Source: a virus
IMG/VR virus record: IMGVR_UViG_3300032116_000013
Span: 64,001-128,000 of that record
DNA length: 64,000 nucleotides
Reading direction: 5' to 3' (one strand)
The notes under the pieces were generated by a model. The model was not told the origin of the DNA. It made no database searches and worked only from the letters and a program-made list of their open reading frames with translations. The translations under genes were made by a program, and so were the position numbers. This document shows, in pieces, positions 34,552 through 44,651 of the stretch; within the stretch, counting starts at the first letter, position 1, and the number at the start of each line of letters is the position of its first letter.

Positions 34552-35105
34552 TGAAAGGGACTCTAATTTTTATTGGTGTATGCATTATTGCATTCTTTCT
34601 AGGAATCTATAATGTATATGTGAACAACAAGGAACGTTATGGCTCTTATTCTGCAGCAGTTGAAGAAACATTTTCAACTAGCAAAAAGATAGCAACAGAT
34701 GAAATCAATCCCATTGATGACTTTAAGGAAGCCAATCAAAAGTATAACAGCGAAGTTGGCGATATGCAGGAAACTCACTGCAACGACAATAAAGTTGTGA
34801 GTATTATCGTTGATCCATTGACTGAGGACTTTAAGGCTGAAGTTGCTCCTCTCGGTTTTATGGAATATGATAGAACAATGACACAATTAGGACGTGTTTT
34901 GAGTAAGCACTCGAACACTAAAGGCGCAGATAACATCACAAAATGTCGAATGGAAGTTTCTTTTGTATTTGTAGACAGCAGAGATTTCAGTAATTATGCA
35001 TATCGTGTGACCATTGAATATGATGTTCATAACTATTGGGAAACTGTATACCCAGAGAAAACTACGCTGACTGGATTTAACATTAATTCTATAGATACCT
35101 TTTAA
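34551..35105 (+). CDS. Membrane-anchored hypothetical protein
   Basis: N-terminal TM helix. Confidence 0.65.
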   Translation: MKGTLIFIGVCIIAFFLGIYNVYVNNKERYGSYSAAVEETFSTSKKIATDEINPIDDFKEANQKYNSEVGDMQETHCNDNKVVSIIVDPLTEDFKAEVAPLGFMEYDRTMTQLGRVLSKHSNTKGADNITKCRMEVSFVFVDSRDFSNYAYRVTIEYDVHNYWETVYPEKTTLTGFNINSIDTF

Positions 35106-35115
35106 GGAGAACAAA

Positions 35116-35274
35116 ATGTCACAAACAAATCAAGCACAATGTCGCTGCGGTCGCAGTCCAACAGGCACCTGTAATGGAATGCACTCAATGACGAATGAAC
35201 AATATCAGAAGTATCTTCAAGAACAAATGAAGAGTTTGAATGAGCAAACAAAGCCACAGTTTTTGGTTGATTGA
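35116..35274 (+). CDS. CDGSH-like Fe-S mini-protein
   Basis: CRCGRSPTGTCNGMH; SD aaggag. Confidence 0.7.
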   Translation: MSQTNQAQCRCGRSPTGTCNGMHSMTNEQYQKYLQEQMKSLNEQTKPQFLVD

Positions 35275-35291
35275 TAAAGGAGTTTTATTAT

Positions 35292-35861
35292 ATGGATTAT
35301 TTTGATATGGATGATGTAGCGTTACCGACAGTTCTCCCAGCAGTTGTGTTCAAGACACGAGTGCGCGATGAGTCTGTTGGCGGACCGAACCCATACCGAT
35401 GGCAGGATGTATCATCGTATGACTATTTCGGTGGCAAGCGTGTTGTAATTTTTTCACTTCCTGGTGCATTCACACCGACTTGTTCGACAATGCAACTTCC
35501 TGGCTTTGAAGAAAAGTATGACGTGTTTCGTATGTTTGGAATTGATGAAATCTACTGCGTGTCAGTGAACGATGCATTTGTGATGAATGCTTGGGCGAAG
35601 GCTCAGAACATTCAGAACGTAAAGGTCATTCCTGACGGTAGTGAGAAATTCACACGTGCGATGCGCATGCTTGTTGATAAGGACAACCTTGGGTTTGGAT
35701 TCCGTTCATGGCGTTATGCGGTTGTTGCCAACAACGGCACCATTGAGAAGTGGTTCGTTGAGCCAGGCAAGGAGCATAACTGTGCGACTGATCCGTATGG
35801 TGAGACTTCGCCTGAGAATATTTTGACTTATTTGAGGTCAGAACATTTGAAGACACTTTGA
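35292..35861 (+). CDS. Peroxiredoxin (Prx5-like)
   Basis: FSLPGAFTPTCS; CVSVNDAFVM; RSWRYA. Confidence 0.95.
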   Translation: MDYFDMDDVALPTVLPAVVFKTRVRDESVGGPNPYRWQDVSSYDYFGGKRVVIFSLPGAFTPTCSTMQLPGFEEKYDVFRMFGIDEIYCVSVNDAFVMNAWAKAQNIQNVKVIPDGSEKFTRAMRMLVDKDNLGFGFRSWRYAVVANNGTIEKWFVEPGKEHNCATDPYGETSPENILTYLRSEHLKTL

Positions 35862-35871
35862 ATAAATAAGA

Positions 35872-36193
35872 ACTAATGGTTGTAAACTGACGACTAAAGG
35901 TGTTTCGGACGTGGGTTCGACTCCCACCTTCTCCACCAAAAGCATACTCGCCATCCCTCTACGATGGTCTCGCAAAGTCTTCCTAGGAGATGAGATAGTT
36001 GCAAGTAGTATGCTCCTGATGGGGAAGAAATGGCTTCGACGGGGCAAGTAATAAACCGACAGCAACCAGTGAGGCGACTGACTTAATCAGCGCAAAACTA
36101 GTAAACGCAAACGATGATGTTTACGACATGGCTCTTGCTGCTTAATAGCAGTATAAGAATACCAGAGTTGACCACTTGGTAACAGAAAGGTCA
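35872..36193 (+). ncRNA. ssrA: Circularly permuted (two-piece) tmRNA, tag ANDDVYDMALAA
   Basis: T-arm+CCA (ends 35938) precedes 5' ggggaag (36021); G3-U70; tag 36107-36145; 5' boundary approximate. Confidence 0.9.
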
Positions 36194-36196
36194 GGA

Positions 36197-36223
36197 GGGT
36201 GGGGTAACACCCACCCTTTTTTT
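36197..36223 (+). terminator. Rho-independent terminator
   Basis: gggtggg-gtaaca-cccaccc-T7. Confidence 0.9.
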
Positions 36224-36236
36224 GGAGAATAAATTT

Positions 36237-36929
36237 ATGAAGATTAATTTTGCTATAGCGACAAATAAAAAATTTGAGAATTTAACCGTCCCAGTGATTT
36301 TGACTTCACTTATTAATAATGGCATTGAATCAGATTTAATCCATGTATTTTCTGCTGGCTATGAGCAGTATGAATACATTAGCACAAAATATTGTCATTA
36401 TCACAAACTAGATCATAACTCTTTCGAGTACAGTCCACTTATTACAATTGTTGAAAGACAATTAGAATCAGAATATTGGTTTCTTATACATGATACTTGC
36501 CAAGTAGGTCCTAGATTTAAATCTATTGTATATTCAATACCAGAAAGTAAACCTGAAAAACTTGCTCTAACTGTAACTCCATCTATGTCTATAGGATCGT
36601 ATAGATATGATTATTTGATGACTGATGAAGTTAAAAACAAACTTTTGGCTATAAAGAATACAGACTATTCTGAAAAATCTATGACTGACTGGAAATTCTG
36701 GGGAGTTGATGCAGAGGATTACATTCTGCATAAAACTGCCCCGCCAGCGCAGTACTATAGTCCAGAACTATTGCGACCGCATGGTCAAGACTTCGTAGTT
36801 GTAGACTATAATAATTGGTATGGAACTAACGTCACCAGAAGAACTGAATATTTCAGATCTATGGATCTTTATAAAAATAAATCTAACTGGGTCCTTAAAA
36901 AACCAGAAGAGTATATTCGCGATCTTTAA
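36237..36929 (+). CDS. Putative glycosyltransferase-like protein
   Basis: YWFLIHDTC GT-A-like strand; weak call. Confidence 0.5.
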   Translation: MKINFAIATNKKFENLTVPVILTSLINNGIESDLIHVFSAGYEQYEYISTKYCHYHKLDHNSFEYSPLITIVERQLESEYWFLIHDTCQVGPRFKSIVYSIPESKPEKLALTVTPSMSIGSYRYDYLMTDEVKNKLLAIKNTDYSEKSMTDWKFWGVDAEDYILHKTAPPAQYYSPELLRPHGQDFVVVDYNNWYGTNVTRRTEYFRSMDLYKNKSNWVLKKPEEYIRDL

Positions 36930-36931
36930 AA

Positions 36932-37891
36932 ATGAAAATTGCAATTATAGGCGGAGGTTGGATTGGTTGTCACCTAGCATCTAAATTGATGTCCAATCAC
37001 AGCGTAAAAATTTTTGAGCAAAAAGATAAACTGTTTACTCAGACTTCATATAACAATCAAAATAGATTACATCTAGGTTATCACTATCCTAGAAATTTTA
37101 AAACTAGACAGTTGTGTAAAGAAACATATGATAAGTTTCTGAGGGACTATGGGCAATTTACCAATCACATTGATAGAAATTATTATTGTGTTCCAGAAAA
37201 TTCTAACATAGACTTTGAGACGTATCTGCAAATTTTTGATCATGATGTTTACATTGTCAATAGTGGTTTGTTAAATATTGAAGGCGCCATAAACACAAAA
37301 GAAAGGCATATTGATTTTTATGCAATTCACCAGCATTTCAATAAAACCTTAAAAGACATATTCGTCCAAGAAAACATAGACAATTCTAGCGATTTGTCTA
37401 ACAGTTTTGATTTAGTTTTGAATTGTACCAATAATTTTTTGAGTCCATCTAAAAATAGTTATTATGAGTTGACTCTCACTTTGATATACGATAGAATAAA
37501 GTCGTCAACTTTTGATTCTATAACTTTAGTTGATGGAGACTTTTTCTCAATCTACCCTTATCAAAAAAACAAATATACCTTAACTGATGTAGAACATACA
37601 CCCTTAAAAGTTTTCAGTTCAATTGAAGAATTGCATTCGTTTGAATTTACAACAGAAATGTTAGACGAAAAGAAAAATCTAATGGAATCCAAGGTAAAAT
37701 ATTATTATCCAGAATTTAATAGTCATTTTAGATACCATGGATTTTTTCTATCAACTAAGTCTAAAACTGTTAATAGTTCAGCTAACAGATATCCTGTGAT
37801 TCAACAAAACGAAAATGTTATTTCGTGTTTTACTGGAAAAATACAAGGAATCTATCCTATAGAAAATTTTATAACTAGAATTATATCATGA
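36932..37891 (+). CDS. FAD-dependent oxidoreductase
   Basis: KIAIIGGGWIG, NQNRLHLGYHYPR, TLVDGDF, FTGKI. Confidence 0.85.
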   Translation: MKIAIIGGGWIGCHLASKLMSNHSVKIFEQKDKLFTQTSYNNQNRLHLGYHYPRNFKTRQLCKETYDKFLRDYGQFTNHIDRNYYCVPENSNIDFETYLQIFDHDVYIVNSGLLNIEGAINTKERHIDFYAIHQHFNKTLKDIFVQENIDNSSDLSNSFDLVLNCTNNFLSPSKNSYYELTLTLIYDRIKSSTFDSITLVDGDFFSIYPYQKNKYTLTDVEHTPLKVFSSIEELHSFEFTTEMLDEKKNLMESKVKYYYPEFNSHFRYHGFFLSTKSKTVNSSANRYPVIQQNENVISCFTGKIQGIYPIENFITRIIS

Positions 37892-38940
37892 ACGAAGAAA
37901 CCTTAAAAAAAATATTTTTACAATATTTACGCAGAGAACCAGAAGAGAACGAATACGTTTATCATTTGAATAGAAATATTCGGGTGGAAGATTTTATTGA
38001 GGAAATAAAAAATTGTTCCGAGAGAACACTTCTTTTGGATAAACATAAACATGGAGACGGTCGTCCGTTTTCTATTGCTATTCTTTTATCTGGTCATGTC
38101 AGAAATTTAAATATAGTAAATGGTATTCTGCGCAAAATAGTAGAGGCGCATGACGTTGATATTTTTGTGTTTGCTTGGGATCAGATTGGGATGAAAGGAA
38201 CAGAAAAAGATGTCAGTAAGAATACTCAAAGAAAACTAATAGAACTTAAATTGCAAGAAATACCTAATTTGACTGCATACAAAATAGAGAACAATGCAGA
38301 TTTTGTTGAGAATAATTACAGCGAAAAAATTACATATTTTAATCATTCTTCCCCAGAAGTATTCATTAAATCTCAGTTGTATGCTATTCAACAGTCATAT
38401 AAACTGATGGAAGAACATGCTAAAAAAGAAAATAAACAATATGACCTAGTCATTAAGGCTAGAATGGATTTAAAGTTTTCTTCTTTTATAGTTGATTTAG
38501 AATTATTAGAAGATATAAAAAAGAAAATAATTTTTGTCCCAAACTCAGACATTTCGCACACTCACCCAGATCATGGAACTAGTTGCTGGGCTTGTGATAA
38601 AATGTATTACAAACATAAATTTAAATATCCGCACGTTTTTGACCACACTAATGTTGTATGTGATCTATTTGCTTATGGTAGCATGAGTTCTATGAAAGAA
38701 TATTGTTCTATGTTCGAGCACTACGATAGAATTAATCAAGAATATTCTGAAAAAAATCTAAAGATTTTAAAAGAAAACGATGATCTAAAAACTGTATTCA
38801 GAAATAATGTTTACATGGTGACCGATCACGTACAAGCATTATACTATGTAAACTGTTCATTCCCAGAAAGAATATTAACAACTTTACTCAAAGATTACAT
38901 GCTACCAGAATCTAGAAAAGTTCAAATGTACATGGAATAA
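37888..38940 (+). CDS. Glycan-related hypothetical protein (possible glycosyltransferase)
   Basis: IAILLSGHVR...YDLVIKARMD...DLFAYG. Confidence 0.6.
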   Translation: MNEETLKKIFLQYLRREPEENEYVYHLNRNIRVEDFIEEIKNCSERTLLLDKHKHGDGRPFSIAILLSGHVRNLNIVNGILRKIVEAHDVDIFVFAWDQIGMKGTEKDVSKNTQRKLIELKLQEIPNLTAYKIENNADFVENNYSEKITYFNHSSPEVFIKSQLYAIQQSYKLMEEHAKKENKQYDLVIKARMDLKFSSFIVDLELLEDIKKKIIFVPNSDISHTHPDHGTSCWACDKMYYKHKFKYPHVFDHTNVVCDLFAYGSMSSMKEYCSMFEHYDRINQEYSEKNLKILKENDDLKTVFRNNVYMVTDHVQALYYVNCSFPERILTTLLKDYMLPESRKVQMYME

Positions 38941-38941
38941 T

Positions 38942-39697
38942 ATGAAAATTTTAGTAGGAAACACTGGATTAATTGGAAAAACATTAGTCAATTCTATAGA
39001 CTTCGACTTATGTTTTAATAGTTCTAATATCCATGAGTTCGAATCAAAAGTTCAGAATAATTCAGAGATTTATCTATCCTGTTTACCTGCAACTAAATGG
39101 CTTATCAATCAAAATCTTCGAAAAGATATCGAGAATATTAATAAAATTATTCAAATAATCGCTACTAAAAACTATTCTAAGGTCACATTGTTTTCAACCA
39201 TAGACGTATACAATAGTTCTCCTCTTAGAGTAAATGAGGAATATAGCCCTAACATAAAAAAATTAAGTTATGGCGAAAATAGATACTTTTTTGAATTGTT
39301 AATTACTGAATTTATAAAAACCGACAGATTATGCATTTTTAGATTACCCGCATTATTTAATAGATTCATCAAAAAAAATATACTGTTCGATCTATTAAAT
39401 AATAACAATGTTGAACAAATAAATATCAACTCTGCATATCAATGGTACAACCTAAATAATCTACACAAAGATATTGACTTTTTTAGCAATGGGTATAATT
39501 ATCGTACTGTGTTCAATCTATTCCCAGAACCAGTCGAGACTGCAGAAATAATTAAATTATTTCCAGAGTATAGTAAATTTACTAACTCTAAAAGAGTTGA
39601 ATACGATTATACCACTGTGTTTAACACGTATCTTCATTCTAAAGAAGAATCATTAAATCAAATTAAGGATTTTATAAGTGAATCTCGCAGTAAGTAG
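38942..39697 (+). CDS. NAD(P)-dependent epimerase/dehydratase-like
   Basis: LVGNTGLIG, STIDVY, YGENR, RLPALF. Confidence 0.8.
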   Translation: MKILVGNTGLIGKTLVNSIDFDLCFNSSNIHEFESKVQNNSEIYLSCLPATKWLINQNLRKDIENINKIIQIIATKNYSKVTLFSTIDVYNSSPLRVNEEYSPNIKKLSYGENRYFFELLITEFIKTDRLCIFRLPALFNRFIKKNILFDLLNNNNVEQININSAYQWYNLNNLHKDIDFFSNGYNYRTVFNLFPEPVETAEIIKLFPEYSKFTNSKRVEYDYTTVFNTYLHSKEESLNQIKDFISESRSK

Positions 39698-40466
39698 TCT
39701 GGCGTGGGATCAATCTAACGAAAGGCAAATGTTTGATTTCTTTGAAAAATCAAATATATCCCAAGTAGAGATAGTATTTAATAAAATAAAACCATGGGAT
39801 AGTTTAACTGAAGAAGACGTTTTGAGGTATAGACAAAAATTAGACTATCATGGATTAAAGGCTATATCAGCGCAATCTATATTTTTTGGAACTAATATAG
39901 AATTAACTGATAAAGAACAAATAAAAAACCACTTTGACAAACTGATAAATTATTCTAAAATTATCGGATTAGATTATTTGGTTTTCGGTTCACCTAAAAT
40001 GAGAAAAGGCGCGTCAGAGGATGTCAGAGAAACTCTTAATGCAATAGATTCATTGTTGGATGGAACAAGAATAAAGTTACTCTTAGAACCTAATGCCAGA
40101 AATTATGGTGGCAATTATTGGTTCAATGTTAAAGAAATTGTACAATTTTTAGGCGACAAGTATTGCAATATTAGCACAATGCTTGACTTACACAATGTTT
40201 TATTAGAGAATAGAAACGAGCACGAAGATTTTATCGAATACATGGACAAAATTGATCATATCCATGTATCTGAAGTTAATTTAGGTTTACTAACCAATTT
40301 TGATAGACACGAGAAGTTTGCAGAGACTCTTAGAAAATTTCATTATCAAAAAACTATATCATATGAAGTTTTAAAGGCTGATGGAATGATTGAAAGTATC
40401 AATAATTTTTCAAGGATATATAAAAATGAGCAACCTAAATCTAGTAAACACTCTAAATCGCATTGA
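39678..40466 (+). CDS. Sugar-phosphate isomerase/epimerase (TIM barrel)
   Basis: LVFGSPKMR, LLEPN..YG, LDLHN, HIHVSE. Confidence 0.85.
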   Translation: MNLAVSSLAWDQSNERQMFDFFEKSNISQVEIVFNKIKPWDSLTEEDVLRYRQKLDYHGLKAISAQSIFFGTNIELTDKEQIKNHFDKLINYSKIIGLDYLVFGSPKMRKGASEDVRETLNAIDSLLDGTRIKLLLEPNARNYGGNYWFNVKEIVQFLGDKYCNISTMLDLHNVLLENRNEHEDFIEYMDKIDHIHVSEVNLGLLTNFDRHEKFAETLRKFHYQKTISYEVLKADGMIESINNFSRIYKNEQPKSSKHSKSH

Positions 40467-41061
40467 GAACTACTTTGATCGCAATCATAATTTGTTTTTG
40501 AAATTTGGTTTTTTATTTTCGGTATTCTTTTTTGGATTGTTTGTTCCACATCAAATGATCACAAAATTGTCTGCGGAGATTAGAGCACAGGAACAAGCAA
40601 ACAGTATTCTAACTTCGCAAGTCCGTGACATGAGTACACAGGTAGAGTTTCTCAATCTATCCTATGAAAAGCAAAAGCGAGTTCGCACTGAAGTCGAATG
40701 TCTAGCAAAGAACATTTACTTCGAGGCAGGATCAGAACCACGCGCAGGTAAAATTGCTGTTGCTGAAGTGACGATGAATCGCGTTCGCAGTAAGCAATTC
40801 CCGAAGACTGTTTGCGGTGTAGTGTATCAGCGTCATGGTAAGACTTGCCAGTTCTCTTGGGTCTGTCAGAATAAAATGGCAATTCGATCCAATCACACTT
40901 GGAATGAATCATACAAGATTGCTGAAAATATTTTGATTTTGAAGAAGCGATACGGTATAATTGGATCTGCTAAGTATTTCCACGCAGACTACGTTGAACC
41001 GACTTGGGCTGCTGAAAAGCAAATCGTGATGCAAATTGGTCAGCATATCTTTTATCATTGA
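40426..41061 (+). CDS. Cell-wall hydrolase (SleB/Hydrolase_2)
   Basis: CLAKNIYFEA...AVAEVTMNRV...CQFSW...IGQHIFY; N-terminal TM. Confidence 0.9.
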   Translation: MSNLNLVNTLNRIENYFDRNHNLFLKFGFLFSVFFFGLFVPHQMITKLSAEIRAQEQANSILTSQVRDMSTQVEFLNLSYEKQKRVRTEVECLAKNIYFEAGSEPRAGKIAVAEVTMNRVRSKQFPKTVCGVVYQRHGKTCQFSWVCQNKMAIRSNHTWNESYKIAENILILKKRYGIIGSAKYFHADYVEPTWAAEKQIVMQIGQHIFYH

Positions 41062-41067
41062 GGCTTT

Positions 41068-42111
41068 ATGCGAATAGAATATGACGTGAAGTTGGATTAC
41101 AAAGATGTTTTGATTGTTCCTAAACGGTCAACTCTTTCTTCTCGAAGCCAAGTAAAGTTAGATAGAGCATTTGTATTTCGTAGCAGTAACAGTTGGTCAG
41201 GCGTACCAATTATTGCTGCTAATATGGATGGAGTCGGAACTCTTGAGATGGATCAGCAGTTCAGTGAACATAATTGTTTAGTTGCTGTCACTAAGCATTA
41301 CGACAGCGAAGTGTTGGGCGAGCACTTCAAGAAAAAGATGTCTAGCAGCATTTATTCTTTGGGCATTTCTGATACTGATTTGCAAAAGTTTCAGTTCGTT
41401 TATAGCGTTGCGCAGAATCCATACATGAGAGTTTGCGTTGACGTTGCCAATGGATACACGCAAAGTTTTGTTGATTTTATCAAACGATTTCGCGACAAGT
41501 ATCCGAATATTGTATTGATGGCTGGTAATGTTGTCACGCCAGAAATGACAGAAGAACTTATTCTTGCTGGTGTTGATATTGTGAAAGTCGGTATTGGTCC
41601 TGGTTCAGTTTGCACTACACGCAAGATGACAGGCATCGGCTACCCGCAGTTGAGTGCAGTTATAGAATGCGCTGACGCTGCTCATGGTCTCAAGGGTCAT
41701 ATTATAGCGGATGGAGGGTGTTCCGTTCCTGGAGACGTCGTGAAAGCATTTGCTGCGGGTGCCGATTTTGTGATGATCGGAGGTATGCTTGCTGGGCATA
41801 AAGAAGGATTGCCATCTGAATATAAAGATACTACTGAGGGCAAGTCACTAGTTGATTTCTATGGTATGAGTTCAAAGTCAGCGATGGATCTTCACAGTGG
41901 CGGAGTTGCCAATTATCGCGCCAGCGAAGGCAAACATGTAAAGATTCCATATCGTGGTGAGGTGAGCAGAACACTACAAGATATTCTTGGTGGTCTGCGT
42001 TCGGCATGTACTTATGTTGGAGCAAGTGAGTTGAAGGAATTGAGTAAGCGTGCAACATTTGTTCGCGTCACTCAGCAACTGAATAATTCCTTGAGTAATT
42101 ATGAGATCTAA
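41068..42111 (+). CDS. guaC: GMP reductase
   Basis: [41 protein letters not shown]. Confidence 0.95.
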   Translation: MRIEYDVKLDYKDVLIVPKRSTLSSRSQVKLDRAFVFRSSNSWSGVPIIAANMDGVGTLEMDQQFSEHNCLVAVTKHYDSEVLGEHFKKKMSSSIYSLGISDTDLQKFQFVYSVAQNPYMRVCVDVANGYTQSFVDFIKRFRDKYPNIVLMAGNVVTPEMTEELILAGVDIVKVGIGPGSVCTTRKMTGIGYPQLSAVIECADAAHGLKGHIIADGGCSVPGDVVKAFAAGADFVMIGGMLAGHKEGLPSEYKDTTEGKSLVDFYGMSSKSAMDLHSGGVANYRASEGKHVKIPYRGEVSRTLQDILGGLRSACTYVGASELKELSKRATFVRVTQQLNNSLSNYEI

Positions 42112-42112
42112 T

Positions 42113-42334
42113 ATGGCAACTCGCGAAGAAAAAAATAACTTCTCCATGATGATCATGAATATGGCAATTGAAGAAAAGATTGATCATATGGATGCAATCA
42201 CTTCATACTGCGAACGTAACAATCTTGAGATTGAGGTTGCAGCAAGTTTGATCAATGACTCGCTGAAGAGCATCATTGAAGGCGAAGCAATGGAGTTGCG
42301 TTATTTGCCAAGAGGAAGCAGACTTCCGATATGA
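42113..42334 (+). CDS. gp33: Late-transcription coactivator gp33
   Basis: DAITSYCERNNLEIE...LINDSLK; adjacent to gp59. Confidence 0.9.
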   Translation: MATREEKNNFSMMIMNMAIEEKIDHMDAITSYCERNNLEIEVAASLINDSLKSIIEGEAMELRYLPRGSRLPI

Positions 42335-42954
42335 ATGGTTACGATTTGTACGGTCTCTATCAAGCCATCAAATTACATTTCACTTCTGACAAATATAACT
42401 TCTTTCAATATGATGGCAAGACAAGAGTATCAATAGATGCATTCCAAAAAAGAAAAGACAAGTTTCTATTCCACCGTCTCGCGCGCAAGTACAGCGACGC
42501 TGACATGGTGCCATTTTTGGTTGCTAATTTTGTATACAGTGACAATCATTGGACCAAAAGTCTACTTGAAGAAGATGCTGATCAAGTATACAGGGATTGG
42601 AGAAGAACCACGGATTCGATGAGTAAGATCTATGAAGAAGATCTAACTCGCGTTTGCCCTGATTCAAAAGAATTCAATAAGTTATTTGAAGTTGAAGATG
42701 GACAGCATCCAAAACTGTTAGTTGCTTTTCTCCAAAAAGAAGTAACGATTGAGACTCTTGTGATTCTCAATAACATCTTCGACTTCATTCGTATCTGGGA
42801 CAAGAAGATTTCTGATGACATCGTTTATCCCAAGATTTCAAGAAAGGTTCGCAAATATGGTGCGTTTTTAAATGTAAACGTCGACAAGTACAAACTCTTG
42901 ACAAAAAAGATTTTACTTGGAGATGAGATTAATGTGTCGCAACATTCTAACTAA
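42331..42954 (+). CDS. gp59: Helicase loader gp59
   Basis: IKLHFTSDKYNFFQY...IETLVIL...KYGAFL. Confidence 0.9.
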   Translation: MNGYDLYGLYQAIKLHFTSDKYNFFQYDGKTRVSIDAFQKRKDKFLFHRLARKYSDADMVPFLVANFVYSDNHWTKSLLEEDADQVYRDWRRTTDSMSKIYEEDLTRVCPDSKEFNKLFEVEDGQHPKLLVAFLQKEVTIETLVILNNIFDFIRIWDKKISDDIVYPKISRKVRKYGAFLNVNVDKYKLLTKKILLGDEINVSQHSN

Positions 42955-42969
42955 ACCATAACAATTATT

Positions 42970-43566
42970 ATGCCATATTCTGCAAATACTTTTGATCATA
43001 TTCTACAAGAACATGTAATGCGTTTAAAGCCTATATCAATATTAGATGTTGGCGCTGGTGCAGGCAAAAACGGTAAACTTGTGCGTCAAACTGGTTATGA
43101 TTACCAACTAGATTGCTTAGAGCCAACTAACAATTATATATCTGAATACAATTTAACATCTATCTATAATACAGTCTATCCCTACAACATATCGCAATTT
43201 ATTGATAGCCTTTACAAATTTAATTATGATCTAGTTATATTTGGAGACGTGCTAGAACATTTATTTCGCAGTCAAGTGATTGATTATATCGACTATATTT
43301 TATACAAATGTAAGTGGGTAATAGTTATATGGCCAAATAATATGCCTCAAGATGACTATGGCAATAATCCTTATGAAATTCACAGGAGTAATTTTACTAT
43401 ACACGATCTTACTTCAAAATTTGATGTTCAATTTTACTTAAAAGATTTCGTGTATTATAATAATAACGATAGTAACTTATTAGAATCTTATATGAATTAT
43501 ACCTTGATCAAGGGTTACTTGACTCCGAAAAATGCATCAATATACAACTTTAGCACAGTAAGTTGA
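42970..43566 (+). CDS. Class I SAM-dependent methyltransferase
   Basis: ILDVGAGAG; YDLVIFGDVLEHL. Confidence 0.85.
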   Translation: MPYSANTFDHILQEHVMRLKPISILDVGAGAGKNGKLVRQTGYDYQLDCLEPTNNYISEYNLTSIYNTVYPYNISQFIDSLYKFNYDLVIFGDVLEHLFRSQVIDYIDYILYKCKWVIVIWPNNMPQDDYGNNPYEIHRSNFTIHDLTSKFDVQFYLKDFVYYNNNDSNLLESYMNYTLIKGYLTPKNASIYNFSTVS

Positions 43567-43602
43567 ATTGAATACAAAAAAATAAAATTGACATAAAAAT
43601 AC

Positions 43603-43631
43603 TTTACTTGGTGGCGAAAATACTATATAAT
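43603..43631 (+). promoter_or_regulatory. Sigma70-type promoter for gp32
   Basis: TTTACT-17-TATAAT. Confidence 0.7.
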
Positions 43632-43699
43632 AATATGGTAATGCAAAAAGTGGACAAGTCGTTTATACAATTTATACATCGCAATACGGAGATATACAT

Positions 43700-44599
43700 A
43701 TGAGTCTAGCAAGTCTAAAGAAGGGTTCATCCCTTGATAAGTTGAAGAAGGCAGTCGAGCAGTCTTCATCAGGTGGCAATAATAAGTCAAGCGCAGATGA
43801 TCGCTTTTGGTCCCCAGAAGTTGATGCGTCTGGCAATGGATACGCAGTTATCCGTTTCCTCGATACCCCAGCAGTTGATGGTGAAGATGGTCTTCCTTGG
43901 ATCCAGATTTGGAATCATGGTTTCCAGGGACCAGGCGGTTGGTACATCGAGAATTCTTTGACCACCATCGGTAAGAACGATCCAGTGTCTGAGTACAATT
44001 CAGTTCTTTGGAATAGTGGCATTGAAGCCAACAAGGAAATCGCTCGCAAGCAGAAACGTCGATTGTCCTACATCAGCAACATTCTTGTTGTCTCTGATCC
44101 GAAGCGTCCGCAAAACGAAGGTAAGGTTTTCCTCTTCAAGTTTGGAAAGAAGATCTTCGAGAAACTCAAGGCGCAACTCGAACCAGAGTTTCAGGATGAG
44201 ACACCGATGAATCCGTTCGATTTCTGGAAGGGTGCAAACTTCAAGTTGAAGATTCGCAACTACGAAGGTTATCGTAACTATGATAAGTCGGAGTTTGAGG
44301 CTCCTTCTGCTTTGTTCAACGGTGACGACGCTCAGATCGAAAAGGTCTGGAAGTCTGCCTTTTCACTCAAGGAATTTTTGAAGCCTGAGAACTTCAAGTC
44401 TTATGATGAACTCAAGGCGAAGTTGGATAAGGTTCTTGGTGCTGGCGGAAGTGCCGCTGCAAGCGCAAAGCGAATTGACGATGAACAGGTTGCTGCTCCT
44501 GTCGTTCGTTCTGCTCCTGCCAAGAAGGTCACTGCTGAAGAAGTCAGCGTCTCTGATGATGACGATATGGCTTTCTTTGAGAAGTTGGCTGCAGAGTAA
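43700..44599 (+). CDS. gp32: ssDNA-binding protein gp32
   Basis: DDRFW...GNGYAVIRFL...GANFKLKI...acidic tail. Confidence 0.95.
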   Translation: MSLASLKKGSSLDKLKKAVEQSSSGGNNKSSADDRFWSPEVDASGNGYAVIRFLDTPAVDGEDGLPWIQIWNHGFQGPGGWYIENSLTTIGKNDPVSEYNSVLWNSGIEANKEIARKQKRRLSYISNILVVSDPKRPQNEGKVFLFKFGKKIFEKLKAQLEPEFQDETPMNPFDFWKGANFKLKIRNYEGYRNYDKSEFEAPSALFNGDDAQIEKVWKSAFSLKEFLKPENFKSYDELKAKLDKVLGAGGSAAASAKRIDDEQVAAPVVRSAPAKKVTAEEVSVSDDDDMAFFEKLAAE

Positions 44600-44626
44600 T
44601 TCGATTCAGAAAACTAAATTGTTTTC

Positions 44627-44651
44627 GGGGGGACTTCGGTCCCCCTTTTTT
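44627..44651 (+). terminator. Rho-independent terminator, UUCG loop
   Basis: ggggggac-ttcg-gtccccc-tttttt. Confidence 0.9.
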
